Shown here one piece after another: positions 8,804 through 17,082 of a stretch of 64,000 bases of DNA (positions are counted from its first letter, which is position 1; the number at the start of each line of letters is the position of its first letter). The position numbers and the translations under genes are program-made. Origin of the DNA: a virus; the IMG/VR virus record IMGVR_UViG_3300045988_047070; one strand, 5' to 3'. The notes under the pieces were generated by a model. The model saw only the letters and a program-made list of their open reading frames with translations, had not been told where the DNA came from and made no database searches.

Positions 8804-9004
8804 AGGATACTGCTGTGATTTATGTGTATGTAATTGATAAGAGAGTATTTGTAAGTTTGAGAATAGTTTACTCTTTTTTCAGTCTGCCCTTTAATCACAT
8901 TGCTTATAGCTGCCTTTACGCATACATATAATATATAGCGTATCCTACTCTTTGCATAAACAATCAAACAATTAAATAATCAAACAATTAAGGAGGACAA
9001 ACAA

Positions 9005-9622
9005 ATGAAATGTATTATTATTGGACACGAATTCGCAGAGGCAAACACAGGTAACTTGTATTGTAAACTAGAAGTAAGACCTGCAAATGATGAGTGGGCT
9101 GCATCTTTCAACTATGTAATGTTTATTACAGAGGCAATGAAAGAAGCCTTAGAAGCTAGATTTCCTAAAGAAATATATCTGCAAGAAATACGTATGCAAA
9201 CACCTGAGCCATTTAACAGAGTATGGGCTACAGATGGTAACAATCACATGCAAGGTGAAATAGTCTGCAACGCTAAAGGCGATCCTATCGTATTTAATGA
9301 CATCAAAGTCGTAATACGTACATTACCTGATGGCACACCTGCTAGAGGTGAAGATGCTGAGAAGCTACTAGAATCTAGCTGGCGTAGAGGTATTGAAAAT
9401 GGTACTATCTTACCAATTGGTGAAGGTACAGATGTACCAGATAACAATATTGGACAAACTGTAGGAGGAGCAGATGCATTTGCGGGAGCACAATCAGCTG
9501 GAGATCCAGAGAGTCTAGAGACATCTCAACCAGATCCACTACCTACAGGTAACGTTGTAGTGCCGGGTAACCGACCACAACGACCACAGCAACAAGCTGG
9601 AATCAGAGTACCTAGAGTATAA
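9005..9622 (+). CDS. hypothetical protein, paralogue of 7427-7834, with a P/Q-rich tail
   Basis: 205 aa, preceded by an unusually strong AAGGAGG site. Confidence 0.65.
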   Translation: MKCIIIGHEFAEANTGNLYCKLEVRPANDEWAASFNYVMFITEAMKEALEARFPKEIYLQEIRMQTPEPFNRVWATDGNNHMQGEIVCNAKGDPIVFNDIKVVIRTLPDGTPARGEDAEKLLESSWRRGIENGTILPIGEGTDVPDNNIGQTVGGADAFAGAQSAGDPESLETSQPDPLPTGNVVVPGNRPQRPQQQAGIRVPRV

Positions 9623-9656
9623 CAGGGATTTGCCGGGTAACCGGCAGACCTGTTTT
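9622..9656 (+). terminator. intrinsic terminator
   Basis: ACAGG..TGCCGG-GTAA-CCGGCA..CCTGT followed by TTTT. Confidence 0.7.
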
Positions 9657-9729
9657 AACAAAAACTCCCGAACATCTGCATATGATGTTTTGGGTTAATT
9701 AACATTATTAACTTTTAAAAACATTCATC

Positions 9730-9903
9730 ATGGAAGGAAAAGATGAAAACAAGCCAAAGATTGTGTATTTTATTCTAGCTGTGTTTATTCATGCTAATGT
9801 GTTTCTACCATTCCTATCTGAAAAGACAGGAGTGCATGGAGCGTTCATATTGTGTGATATAATACTTGCTATTATAGTATATAATCTAATGGCTCGGAAT
9901 TAG
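9730..9903 (+). CDS. small membrane protein (57 aa, below the track cutoff)
   Basis: Hand translation: MEGKDENKPKIVYFILAVFIHANVFLPFLSEKTGVHGAFILCDIILAIIVYNLMARN. Confidence 0.45.
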   Translation: MEGKDENKPKIVYFILAVFIHANVFLPFLSEKTGVHGAFILCDIILAIIVYNLMARN

Positions 9904-9909
9904 GGAGTT

Positions 9910-9936
9910 AGGGGTGGGTGAAAACTCACCCCTTTT
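9910..9936 (+). terminator. intrinsic terminator
   Basis: AGGGGTG-loop-CACCCCT followed by TTT. Confidence 0.6.
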
Positions 9937-9961
9937 ATATTATCAAACAAAAATCAATACA

Positions 9962-10411
9962 ATGAAGATTCTATTTAACTTTAAAAAATCTAGTTGTAAA
10001 CTTAACTGGATAGGAATATTGAAAGTAGTTTTTGGGTTCAACTTAAAGAAAGCTAAAGCTATTGTGGACTATGGAAGTTATACATATATTGTAAATGACT
10101 TAAAGAACCCTATAGATATGCAACAGTACTTTATTGATCTTCTTATTAGGATAAATTCTGCATGTATATCCAGTCTAGACGCAGATCAAAGAAAGGATGA
10201 ACTTAAGAAGGTAATATCCCTTCCTATATATGACGAAGATGTATCTAGCACTACTCCGGCAGTACAAACAATAAATGTACAAGATTTGGATATTGTAAAG
10301 GTGGGCTCAGTATATATCCTTACTCAGGAAAGATATGAGAAGCTTTTAAAAGCTGAACAAACATTGTCAAAGATAGAAACAGTACTTTACAAATGGAAGA
10401 ACAATGAATAA
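9962..10411 (+). CDS. hypothetical protein (start moved to ATG 9962)
   Basis: The tracked GTG start lies inside the terminator hairpin. Confidence 0.55.
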   Translation: MKILFNFKKSSCKLNWIGILKVVFGFNLKKAKAIVDYGSYTYIVNDLKNPIDMQQYFIDLLIRINSACISSLDADQRKDELKKVISLPIYDEDVSSTTPAVQTINVQDLDIVKVGSVYILTQERYEKLLKAEQTLSKIETVLYKWKNNE

Positions 10412-10616
10412 AAGAAGACAATATCACAAATCAAATTGTGATTCTATAGTTAGAGCAACCGTAACAGATGCACTAGGACGTAAAGTTATCCTAGTTGGAA
10501 AGCACGCTTTCGAATGGTCTATTATACTTGAAAAAGAAGGAAGATTAGTAATAACTACTTTTCCTAATAGAGAACAAGCAGTAGATACATTTAACAAAAA
10601 GTACAGGAATAAATGA
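10404..10616 (+). CDS. hypothetical protein
   Basis: 70-aa ORF. Confidence 0.5.
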   Translation: MNKRRQYHKSNCDSIVRATVTDALGRKVILVGKHAFEWSIILEKEGRLVITTFPNREQAVDTFNKKYRNK

Positions 10617-10766
10617 TATGTGTACGTATCCAGTGTATGAAGTGATACACAACTTTCTTATCTAATTTAATATTCTTTTGGCATAATTTCCTCAGCTAAT
10701 TATTGCGAGTAAAAGTAATTAGTTCGCTACTATCTCATACTAATAGTGAGGGAAAGTATGTGGTAA

Positions 10767-10844
10767 TTCTGTGTAGTTTAAGTGTCTAACACATGGTAGA
10801 ATCCCCTGCTAAGGGCGAATGCAGGTTCGAATCCTGCCACAGAA
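10767..10844 (+). ncRNA. tRNA-shaped RNA without an anticodon loop, with a hairpin inserted in the D-loop
   Basis: Acceptor TTCTGTG/CACAGAA (7 bp). TA-GTTT-AA[GTGTCTAACAC]ATGGTA-GAAT D arm. CCCT-GCTA-AGGG arm. T arm GCAGG-TTCGAAT-CCTGC. Confidence 0.55.
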
Positions 10845-11126
10845 ACATTAAAAATTCATTGATGGTTTTATAGAGAGTTTAAGATTCTCCATTTTAATTT
10901 AACACAGCTACTATATACCTATTGTGAAATACGTATATAGTTTCCCTAGAGTAAAAGCAACCTCATCGTAGCTAACAACAATACTTCATGCGCGTTTGGT
11001 TAATATACAAAGTTAGCGGGTTCTAGGGTCTAGTAGGTTTAAATTGTCAGACTGAACGAATGTCATGACTACCGAAGCTAATAGCTTTTAAAAACAGTAA
11101 ATATTAACAATAAAAATATCAAATTT

Positions 11127-11291
11127 ATGAAAAAAGAAATCAAAAAAGCACAAGAAGCAGTATGGTATAATACTGACTGCAAGTTATTAACTAAAGAAGA
11201 GTACGAAGAGCTATGCAGATACAAAGCGTTATACTTAGACTTAAAAGGTTCCTTAGAAGGAATCGTAAAAGATTTCAAGCAAAGCGCATAA
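11127..11291 (+). CDS. small hypothetical protein (54 aa, below the track cutoff)
   Basis: Hand translation: MKKEIKKAQEAVWYNTDCKLLTKEEYEELCRYKALYLDLKGSLEGIVKDFKQSA. Confidence 0.4.
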   Translation: MKKEIKKAQEAVWYNTDCKLLTKEEYEELCRYKALYLDLKGSLEGIVKDFKQSA

Positions 11292-11423
11292 TACTTGAAC
11301 TTTTAGAAGGAATTGGTTGGGCTATATGGTTATTGATATTACTCATATTATCATGTGGGGATACATTAATCTATCTCTTATATTTAGCGATATCTGTACC
11401 AATATTCATTCAAAAAATAAAGT

Positions 11424-11804
11424 ATGACTGTAGAAGCAATGATCGTAACTTGTGTAATAGTATGCATAATACTGTTACTACGGAAAAGGAGGAAAGAGAA
11501 GATAAGGGCACAGATACTAAATGATCTATACATTATTGATAGAGATTGTCGTATTATCAAAGGCAATATCATTAATAGTGATTTTATTGGTATTCTAACT
11601 AATCTAGCATTTTTAAGAGATTCACTAAAGAAGGAATCATTAAATGATGTGATACCTAAAAGTTTGTTAACGGATATACAAGTTCTATTAAATACGAACG
11701 AAGAGGAGATTAGTTTAGAAGATTTTAGGACAAATGTAGTCAGAATGATTAACGTTGTTCTAATAAGGTTACAAGGTATCTATAAACTTATAATCTACTC
11801 TTAA
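11424..11804 (+). CDS. membrane-anchored hypothetical protein
   Basis: 126 aa with an N-terminal TM segment, IVTCVIVCIILLL. Confidence 0.55.
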   Translation: MTVEAMIVTCVIVCIILLLRKRRKEKIRAQILNDLYIIDRDCRIIKGNIINSDFIGILTNLAFLRDSLKKESLNDVIPKSLLTDIQVLLNTNEEEISLEDFRTNVVRMINVVLIRLQGIYKLIIYS

Positions 11805-11805
11805 T

Positions 11806-12195
11806 ATGGATAGAAGTCTTCCTCATTTCTTACAAAGAATCGGATACCATCCTTACGAAATAAGTCCAAAGGATAGGATGTTTTTTTCATTAAAAGATCC
11901 TGAATTTGTGTCAGCGTATGGACCAGTATTTGTCGAATGGTTCCCAAAGTATCTAGGACCATCTGTTCCTATATTAGAGGTTAACAGAAGTCGTAATATT
12001 ATATGGGGATTACACGAAGCGGATCACCATCCGTGCCTAATTTACCCTAGACCAAATATCTTGATAGAAGGTGTATCAGAAGAATACAAAATTACAAATA
12101 AATATTCTGATACAATGATGGATAGAATAACTGCAAAGTATTCTCCTGAAGAGATATTTAGAGCGATTAGGAGTAATTTAATACTAATACTATAA
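11806..12195 (+). CDS. hypothetical protein
   Basis: 129-aa ORF. Confidence 0.6.
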   Translation: MDRSLPHFLQRIGYHPYEISPKDRMFFSLKDPEFVSAYGPVFVEWFPKYLGPSVPILEVNRSRNIIWGLHEADHHPCLIYPRPNILIEGVSEEYKITNKYSDTMMDRITAKYSPEEIFRAIRSNLILIL

Positions 12196-12232
12196 ATTTA
12201 AATCTGTTAAATTTATTTTATTCAGTAACAGT

Positions 12233-12445
12233 AAGAAAGTAGTTCAATTTCTATGGGTTACATAGAGAAAAGGTAGAATAGTTTACAACGAATGGTACAT
12301 ATTTTATTTAATAAGCTTGCCTATAAAATAATATGGAACTCTATTAGATAGGTCTTTTGATCTCTATCTAGGCAGCTCTTGAAACTTAAATAAAAAATGT
12401 AGAGTAGATGTAAAAAGATATTAAGTTCGAATCTTAATCTTTCTT
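12233..12445 (+). ncRNA. composite structured RNA with tRNA-like ends and a ~135-nt internal expansion
   Basis: 5' AAGAAAG-TA-GTTC pairs with the 3' CTTTCTT after T arm TTAAG-TTCGAAT-CTTAA. D-loop hairpin CTATG-GGTTA-CATAG, then GGTA-GAAT. Internal hairpins at 12298-12335 and TAGATAG/CTATCTA. Confidence 0.45.
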
Positions 12446-12471
12446 ATTTTTTAACTAAAAACAATATCACA

Positions 12472-12822
12472 ATGATTAGACTAATTATCAAAAAAGGTAA
12501 TGCATGGTTAAGTGTATTTACTTTAGCACAGATCTTTACAAAATATTTGAAACTAACTCGCTATGATGCTTTAAAGCTTGCATATGCGACACTACATCAG
12601 GATGTCGTTGTCCAGAGTAGTACAAATGCAGGTCTATATTATCTTCATGTAGATTTACATCGAAAGAAGTTTAATGCTGAAATCAATGACGTTCATGATT
12701 TAGCAGCACAATTAGACCTATTGAAATACGCTCCTTTTCAATGTGGAATGCATACAAGAGGAGGAAAAGTGTTATGGAAAAGTAACCCAAAAGATGACAT
12801 CTATAAGGAAATAAGAACATAG
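12472..12822 (+). CDS. hypothetical protein
   Basis: 116-aa ORF. Confidence 0.6.
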   Translation: MIRLIIKKGNAWLSVFTLAQIFTKYLKLTRYDALKLAYATLHQDVVVQSSTNAGLYYLHVDLHRKKFNAEINDVHDLAAQLDLLKYAPFQCGMHTRGGKVLWKSNPKDDIYKEIRT

Positions 12823-13120
12823 TTGAATGTGTACTTTTCAAAGAACAACTACCTAAATACCGCTGTGAAGCTCTATTTAGTAAAAGACCTATGAAAAGTG
12901 AGTTGTCAATCCAGCGTATACTAAGTAGTAGGTCTTTTTAAAAGACTATTCTTAATTATAAGTATATGGAAAACTACGGTTATTATTCTAAAGAAATTAA
13001 TGAAGACTGTTTTGTAGTATACTATTTTAGTAGACAAGCCAGATCTGTCATTTATCAAACAAGCTCTTTATTAGGAGCCTTGAGTTAACTAACATTATTA
13101 ACTTTTAAACATTCAATCAA

Positions 13121-13621
13121 ATGAGTGAGAAAGGAGATGGCACCGTAGGTGGTGTCTGGAAGGGAGTAGTATTAGTGCTGCTCACAATTGTTACACTATT
13201 ACTTTTATGTATTGTGTATCAAGGGCTAAAAGGAGAGAATCCTCTTACGAAAGTAAAGGAATCTGTTGGTTTTAGCACTGAAACTGAGGTAGCAATACCT
13301 ACAGTTCAAGAGAGACTAAACGAGTTCAATGCTGAAGTAGAAGATACTAAGGCATATGATACTTATCTCTCATTGCCTGTAGTAATAGTAGAAGGAATCC
13401 TAAATAAATTAGGGCCTGATGCAGATTACAGAGCAATAGTTAACGAGTATTATACTAATAGATCCTATTGGATTAGTACTCAAGTGTCGAATCAAATTAA
13501 ACCTGTATTAACTGGTCCTGATGCAAAGAATGTTGAAAGGGTTGAGGTGAAAACAGTTTTAAAAGAAGAAACACCGCCAGGGAATGAAGTCTCTCTTACT
13601 CCAGCTGATTCTATAAAGTAG
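13121..13621 (+). CDS. membrane-anchored hypothetical protein
   Basis: 166 aa with TM segment VVLVLLTIVTLLLLCIV. Shares its leader with 9730-9903. Confidence 0.6.
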   Translation: MSEKGDGTVGGVWKGVVLVLLTIVTLLLLCIVYQGLKGENPLTKVKESVGFSTETEVAIPTVQERLNEFNAEVEDTKAYDTYLSLPVVIVEGILNKLGPDADYRAIVNEYYTNRSYWISTQVSNQIKPVLTGPDAKNVERVEVKTVLKEETPPGNEVSLTPADSIK

Positions 13622-13651
13622 AATTCTTTTTGGTTCAGGAGTATACTTTTT

Positions 13652-13685
13652 ATATGCATTGCCTGTGAAGGTAGTGCATATTTTT
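13652..13685 (+). terminator. intrinsic terminator
   Basis: ATATGCA...TGCATAT stem followed by TTTTT. Confidence 0.55.
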
Positions 13686-14072
13686 ACTATTAGATCATCA
13701 GAAAATGACAAGCATGTGGGGCGTAAGTAGTATTTTTATGCAGGAGAAGAAGAATGGCAATTGTTCTAATTAGTACTGATAATTGCAAATACTATGATCG
13801 TGCGGACGTTAAAATCATGCCGTTAATAAGAATTGTACTGGCAATACAATTCTGCTACAACGTAAAATATGTTATATAGCCGATTATAAGAAGTTTTATG
13901 TAAGAGTTTTTTAATATTTATTTTGCAAGCATAAAACTTTACGATGACACTTGTTATTAGTTGCTCATAGTACAATATGAGTTGTTGTTAATCAACAATC
14001 GTTCAATCAAAACCCTCTCCGTAGTTGTACATACGGAGACGTCATCAAATTGTTTAACTAAAAATTATCAAA

Positions 14073-14501
14073 ATGAACAGTAAGATTAATGGAGTAGCAG
14101 TTGTAATATTGCCTCCAGGACTTTCTAAAGAGGAAGTTCAAGTGCTATTTTCTAGCATATTGAGTAAGTTAGAAACTATTAATCCTGAGTACAAACAAAA
14201 TGGAGGATTTCTAACTATCTTAGAGCCTAACGACCTGTTTAGAGTCGTAAATCCTGTTAATGCTGAAATAGCAACATTAGCAGACAATTTGGTAGTTGAA
14301 TTCGGTGAACCTACAGATCCTGTGCATTTTGCGACAAAGTTCGTATGTGCTTACTATGGTCCTAAAGACTTAGTAAACCATGACGTTGTTACAACAATTG
14401 CATCGATCAAAGAAGGTTCCCCAGAATGGGCTTACTTCGAAAGGAGAAAGCTAAAGTTCCTTATTTTTCAATGTCGCAACATTTTGCAGAATACTTTATG
14501 A
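14073..14501 (+). CDS. hypothetical protein
   Basis: 142-aa ORF. Confidence 0.6.
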   Translation: MNSKINGVAVVILPPGLSKEEVQVLFSSILSKLETINPEYKQNGGFLTILEPNDLFRVVNPVNAEIATLADNLVVEFGEPTDPVHFATKFVCAYYGPKDLVNHDVVTTIASIKEGSPEWAYFERRKLKFLIFQCRNILQNTL

Positions 14502-14620
14502 GCAAGACAAAGAAAGATTCTAAGGATTCAAAGGCTATGCGGAAATACACTCCGCATAAGCCTAAGATGACTCCTTATAAAAGAGAGTCTAAAGCACAGA
14601 GATTTCGCGAGGATAGCTAG
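14498..14620 (+). CDS. highly basic 40-aa peptide (ATGA start/stop overlap)
   Basis: MSKTKKDSKDSKAMRKYTPHKPKMTPYKRESKAQRFREDS. The tracked longer ORF starts inside the upstream gene. Confidence 0.4.
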   Translation: MSKTKKDSKDSKAMRKYTPHKPKMTPYKRESKAQRFREDS

Positions 14621-14876
14621 TTACCGCCAGTTACTAGTCCTCAAGTCTATAATTCTTAAATTGTTAAGATATGGTGGTCATTCCCCTAAAGCATGTTAAA
14701 CCTAACGCCCTAAGCCCATAAACGGTATGTGAAGATGCATACTACGGGATTGTGTACTTGTACAAATGATAATCTCACAGGAGGTTATTAATTATAAGAA
14801 GGAGAAGAGGTTCCCTCTGAATAAGAAATAGGAATAAGAGGGCATGCTTATTATTTGAAACTAACACAATTGGGAT

Positions 14877-15179
14877 ATGGAAAAAACAAAAGTAAAACAA
14901 GTAATTAGAGAGGCATTAGCTAGAGAACCAGCTATAGAATGGTATCTTAAAAGTAAGAAAATATACGGTCGCTATATATCTTTGCTAGCAGATGTTATAC
15001 TCACACATAAAAGAGTTTTAGTATGGAATGAAAGTATGTGTGAACGTACTATTAAGAATATAATAACAGGATCTAGTCCTTTATATATTCCAATGTCATT
15101 TCAATATAGGGAACGTATAAGAATTATCTCTAATCATGCATTGAATAGAGATACAATCCTAGAACTTTATCAAAATTAA
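14877..15179 (+). CDS. hypothetical protein
   Basis: 100-aa ORF. Confidence 0.55.
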   Translation: MEKTKVKQVIREALAREPAIEWYLKSKKIYGRYISLLADVILTHKRVLVWNESMCERTIKNIITGSSPLYIPMSFQYRERIRIISNHALNRDTILELYQN

Positions 15180-15212
15180 TTATTAATATCAAAAAAAAAA
15201 AAACAAAAGAAA

Positions 15213-15635
15213 ATGGAAACTAAAGACATTATCACAGAAATCACCGAAGGTAGAAAAGTAAGCGAAGACATTATCAAAGCTGCAAATGAGGACATCTTAA
15301 AAGGGCGAGAGGAGAATCTCAAACAAGAGATGATCAATACTCTACAGAATTCTGAGTACAAGATCGGTTACTCAAAATTGAGACTGAAAAGAGCTCGAGC
15401 ATTTGAAGAGATAGAGAAAGAACGTCTGACAAAAGTAGGCGAGAATATGAATCGTTTAAAAGCCGGTGGTATCACTCCAGAGGATTGGGAAAAAGAGGAT
15501 GAGAAGATTGAGAAAGAAGCATCTGATAAACTGCTTGAAAAGAAAGCAGAGTTCAGCGGCTACTTGAAGCAATTGAATCGTATCTATAACGATTGTAGCT
15601 GGAGTGTTTTGAGAGATAGCTTCGACCGCTATTAA
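15213..15635 (+). CDS. hypothetical coiled-coil-like protein
   Basis: 140 aa, rich in E and K, preceded by an A12 run. Confidence 0.55.
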   Translation: METKDIITEITEGRKVSEDIIKAANEDILKGREENLKQEMINTLQNSEYKIGYSKLRLKRARAFEEIEKERLTKVGENMNRLKAGGITPEDWEKEDEKIEKEASDKLLEKKAEFSGYLKQLNRIYNDCSWSVLRDSFDRY

Positions 15636-15975
15636 TCAGCAATTCCGCTCTGAAGAGCTATAAGCCGAAAAGAGTAGTGGGATATGAATATAGTAGTATT
15701 TCACAACGCAAGAGATATACTTGCATTGCTTAAGATCCTTTGAGACAAAAGCAGGAAGGCGAAATTAGCATCAAGACTAAAGAGTACGAGATCCATTGAG
15801 ACAGCTAGTCCTACGTACTCATATTCATTATTTTTCAGGTTTAATTAGTAGAGAGCTATAAGCCAATAATAGTTTAGTACAGTAGTAATGCCGATCATAT
15901 AAGTCTCATCGTAGCGTTGGAGTCCATTTCAGTATTAAATGATTTATTACTACTAAAGGAACCAAAAATTAGGGT

Positions 15976-16008
15976 GTAAGGAGAGAGATCTCCTTACATT
16001 CACTAAAT
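15976..16008 (+). repeat. hairpin plus an ATTCACTAAA tail (sibling of 18843-18876)
   Basis: GTAAGGAG-loop-CTCCTTAC followed by ATTCACTAAAT. Confidence 0.45.
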
Positions 16009-16219
16009 ATTCACGATATAAGAACTGTGTCGTGTCTTATTAGGTTTATTGGAAACTATTAGGACGAGGGTTCGATTAAGATGGTCGAGTTTAAATTGGG
16101 TGAATTCAGGGAACGCTAAACAAAAATGCTCAGAAATGACATTTTTGCATGCCAATCCTGAGCTAAGCATGTAGTACACTACATGAAAGTGCAGAGACTA
16201 CTGGAGAACTAAAGTGTTC

Positions 16220-16744
16220 TTAATTACCAGCTAGAGCGCCCAACCCTTCATTAGAAGGTGAAGAGATAGTCCAAGATTCACGAAACTTTTTAAGTTTCTC
16301 CTCAGAAATGAGGTTCCTATGAACCATTCTGTGGCAATTAGGACATAAAGTTATTAAGTTTGTAATTTCATTTTTACCACCGTTAGATACAGGTATAATA
16401 TGATGAACATCACAAGAAGCTTTATTCCAACCGCATATTGCACAAGGTTGTAATAATAGAAAATTGTAAAATGATCTAGTAATAGCATTATTAGATTTCA
16501 TTCTTTTACGATAATCTTTTAATTTACAAGCATTCGTACAATACTTTGCTTTGGAAGATTGCGCTTCAAATTCCTGTTCACATACAATACATTTACATTT
16601 GTATTTCTTTCTATGTAAATTTCTGTATTTAGCAGCACATGAAAGTGAACAAAATTTTGCATTTCCTCTGTTTACCTCTCGTAAATCAGCTTGGAATTCA
16701 TTATTACAACATAAACATTCTTTTTTCATACAACCATAACGCAT
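16220..16744 (-). CDS. HNH endonuclease with two N-terminal Cys4 zinc-ribbon-like repeats
   Basis: CDVHHIIPVSNGGKNEITNLITLCPNCHRMVH. The only minus-strand gene inside the plus-strand block. Confidence 0.85.
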   Translation of the reverse strand: MRYGCMKKECLCCNNEFQADLREVNRGNAKFCSLSCAAKYRNLHRKKYKCKCIVCEQEFEAQSSKAKYCTNACKLKDYRKRMKSNNAITRSFYNFLLLQPCAICGWNKASCDVHHIIPVSNGGKNEITNLITLCPNCHRMVHRNLISEEKLKKFRESWTISSPSNEGLGALAGN

Positions 16745-17017
16745 ATGGAGATAGAATGTTCTAATAACTTAAAAGAATCTGTCCCTCCAGCTCCACGCTC
16801 ATAAGAGCTACAAGGGCAAAACAAAACTAGGGTTTTTGATCGTGTTAACCGTGCGCCAAGTTTTTAAATTTTAGAACGGTTAAAAGGGGCTGCATGGTTT
16901 TGACTAGTAGTGAAAGGTAAAATAGGTTCATTGTGTGTTTAAATGGCAATAATTTTGTCACAGACTATACTCAACTAGCAGTTGCGTAAAGTCACGTGCT
17001 AACTACGAAAGTGAGGG

Positions 17018-17082
17018 ATATCTATAGTTTAACGGTAGAACACTGATTATTCAGTAGTGTAGGTTCGAATCCTACTAGATAA
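17018..17082 (+). ncRNA. tRNA-shaped RNA without an anticodon loop
   Basis: ATATCTA-TA-GTTT-AACGGTA-GAAC-ACTGA-TTAT-TCAGT-AGT-GTAGG-TTCGAAT-CCTAC-TAGATAA. A1/A72 are mismatched and C73 follows. Confidence 0.6.

Noticed and set aside
11213-11524. 103-aa tracked ORF
   Set aside because: Its 5' third overlaps a better small ORF (11127-11291) and its 3' end overlaps 11424-11804. Only the middle, TM-like part looks protein-like, and that part lacks an ATG, so I left it unannotated.
16040-16080. Possible tRNA (D-arm-like GTTT-ATTGG-AAAC and GGTTCGATT)
   Set aside because: No T stem or acceptor pairing could be drawn. It is at best a decayed tRNA remnant, and is mentioned only as context for the HNH island.
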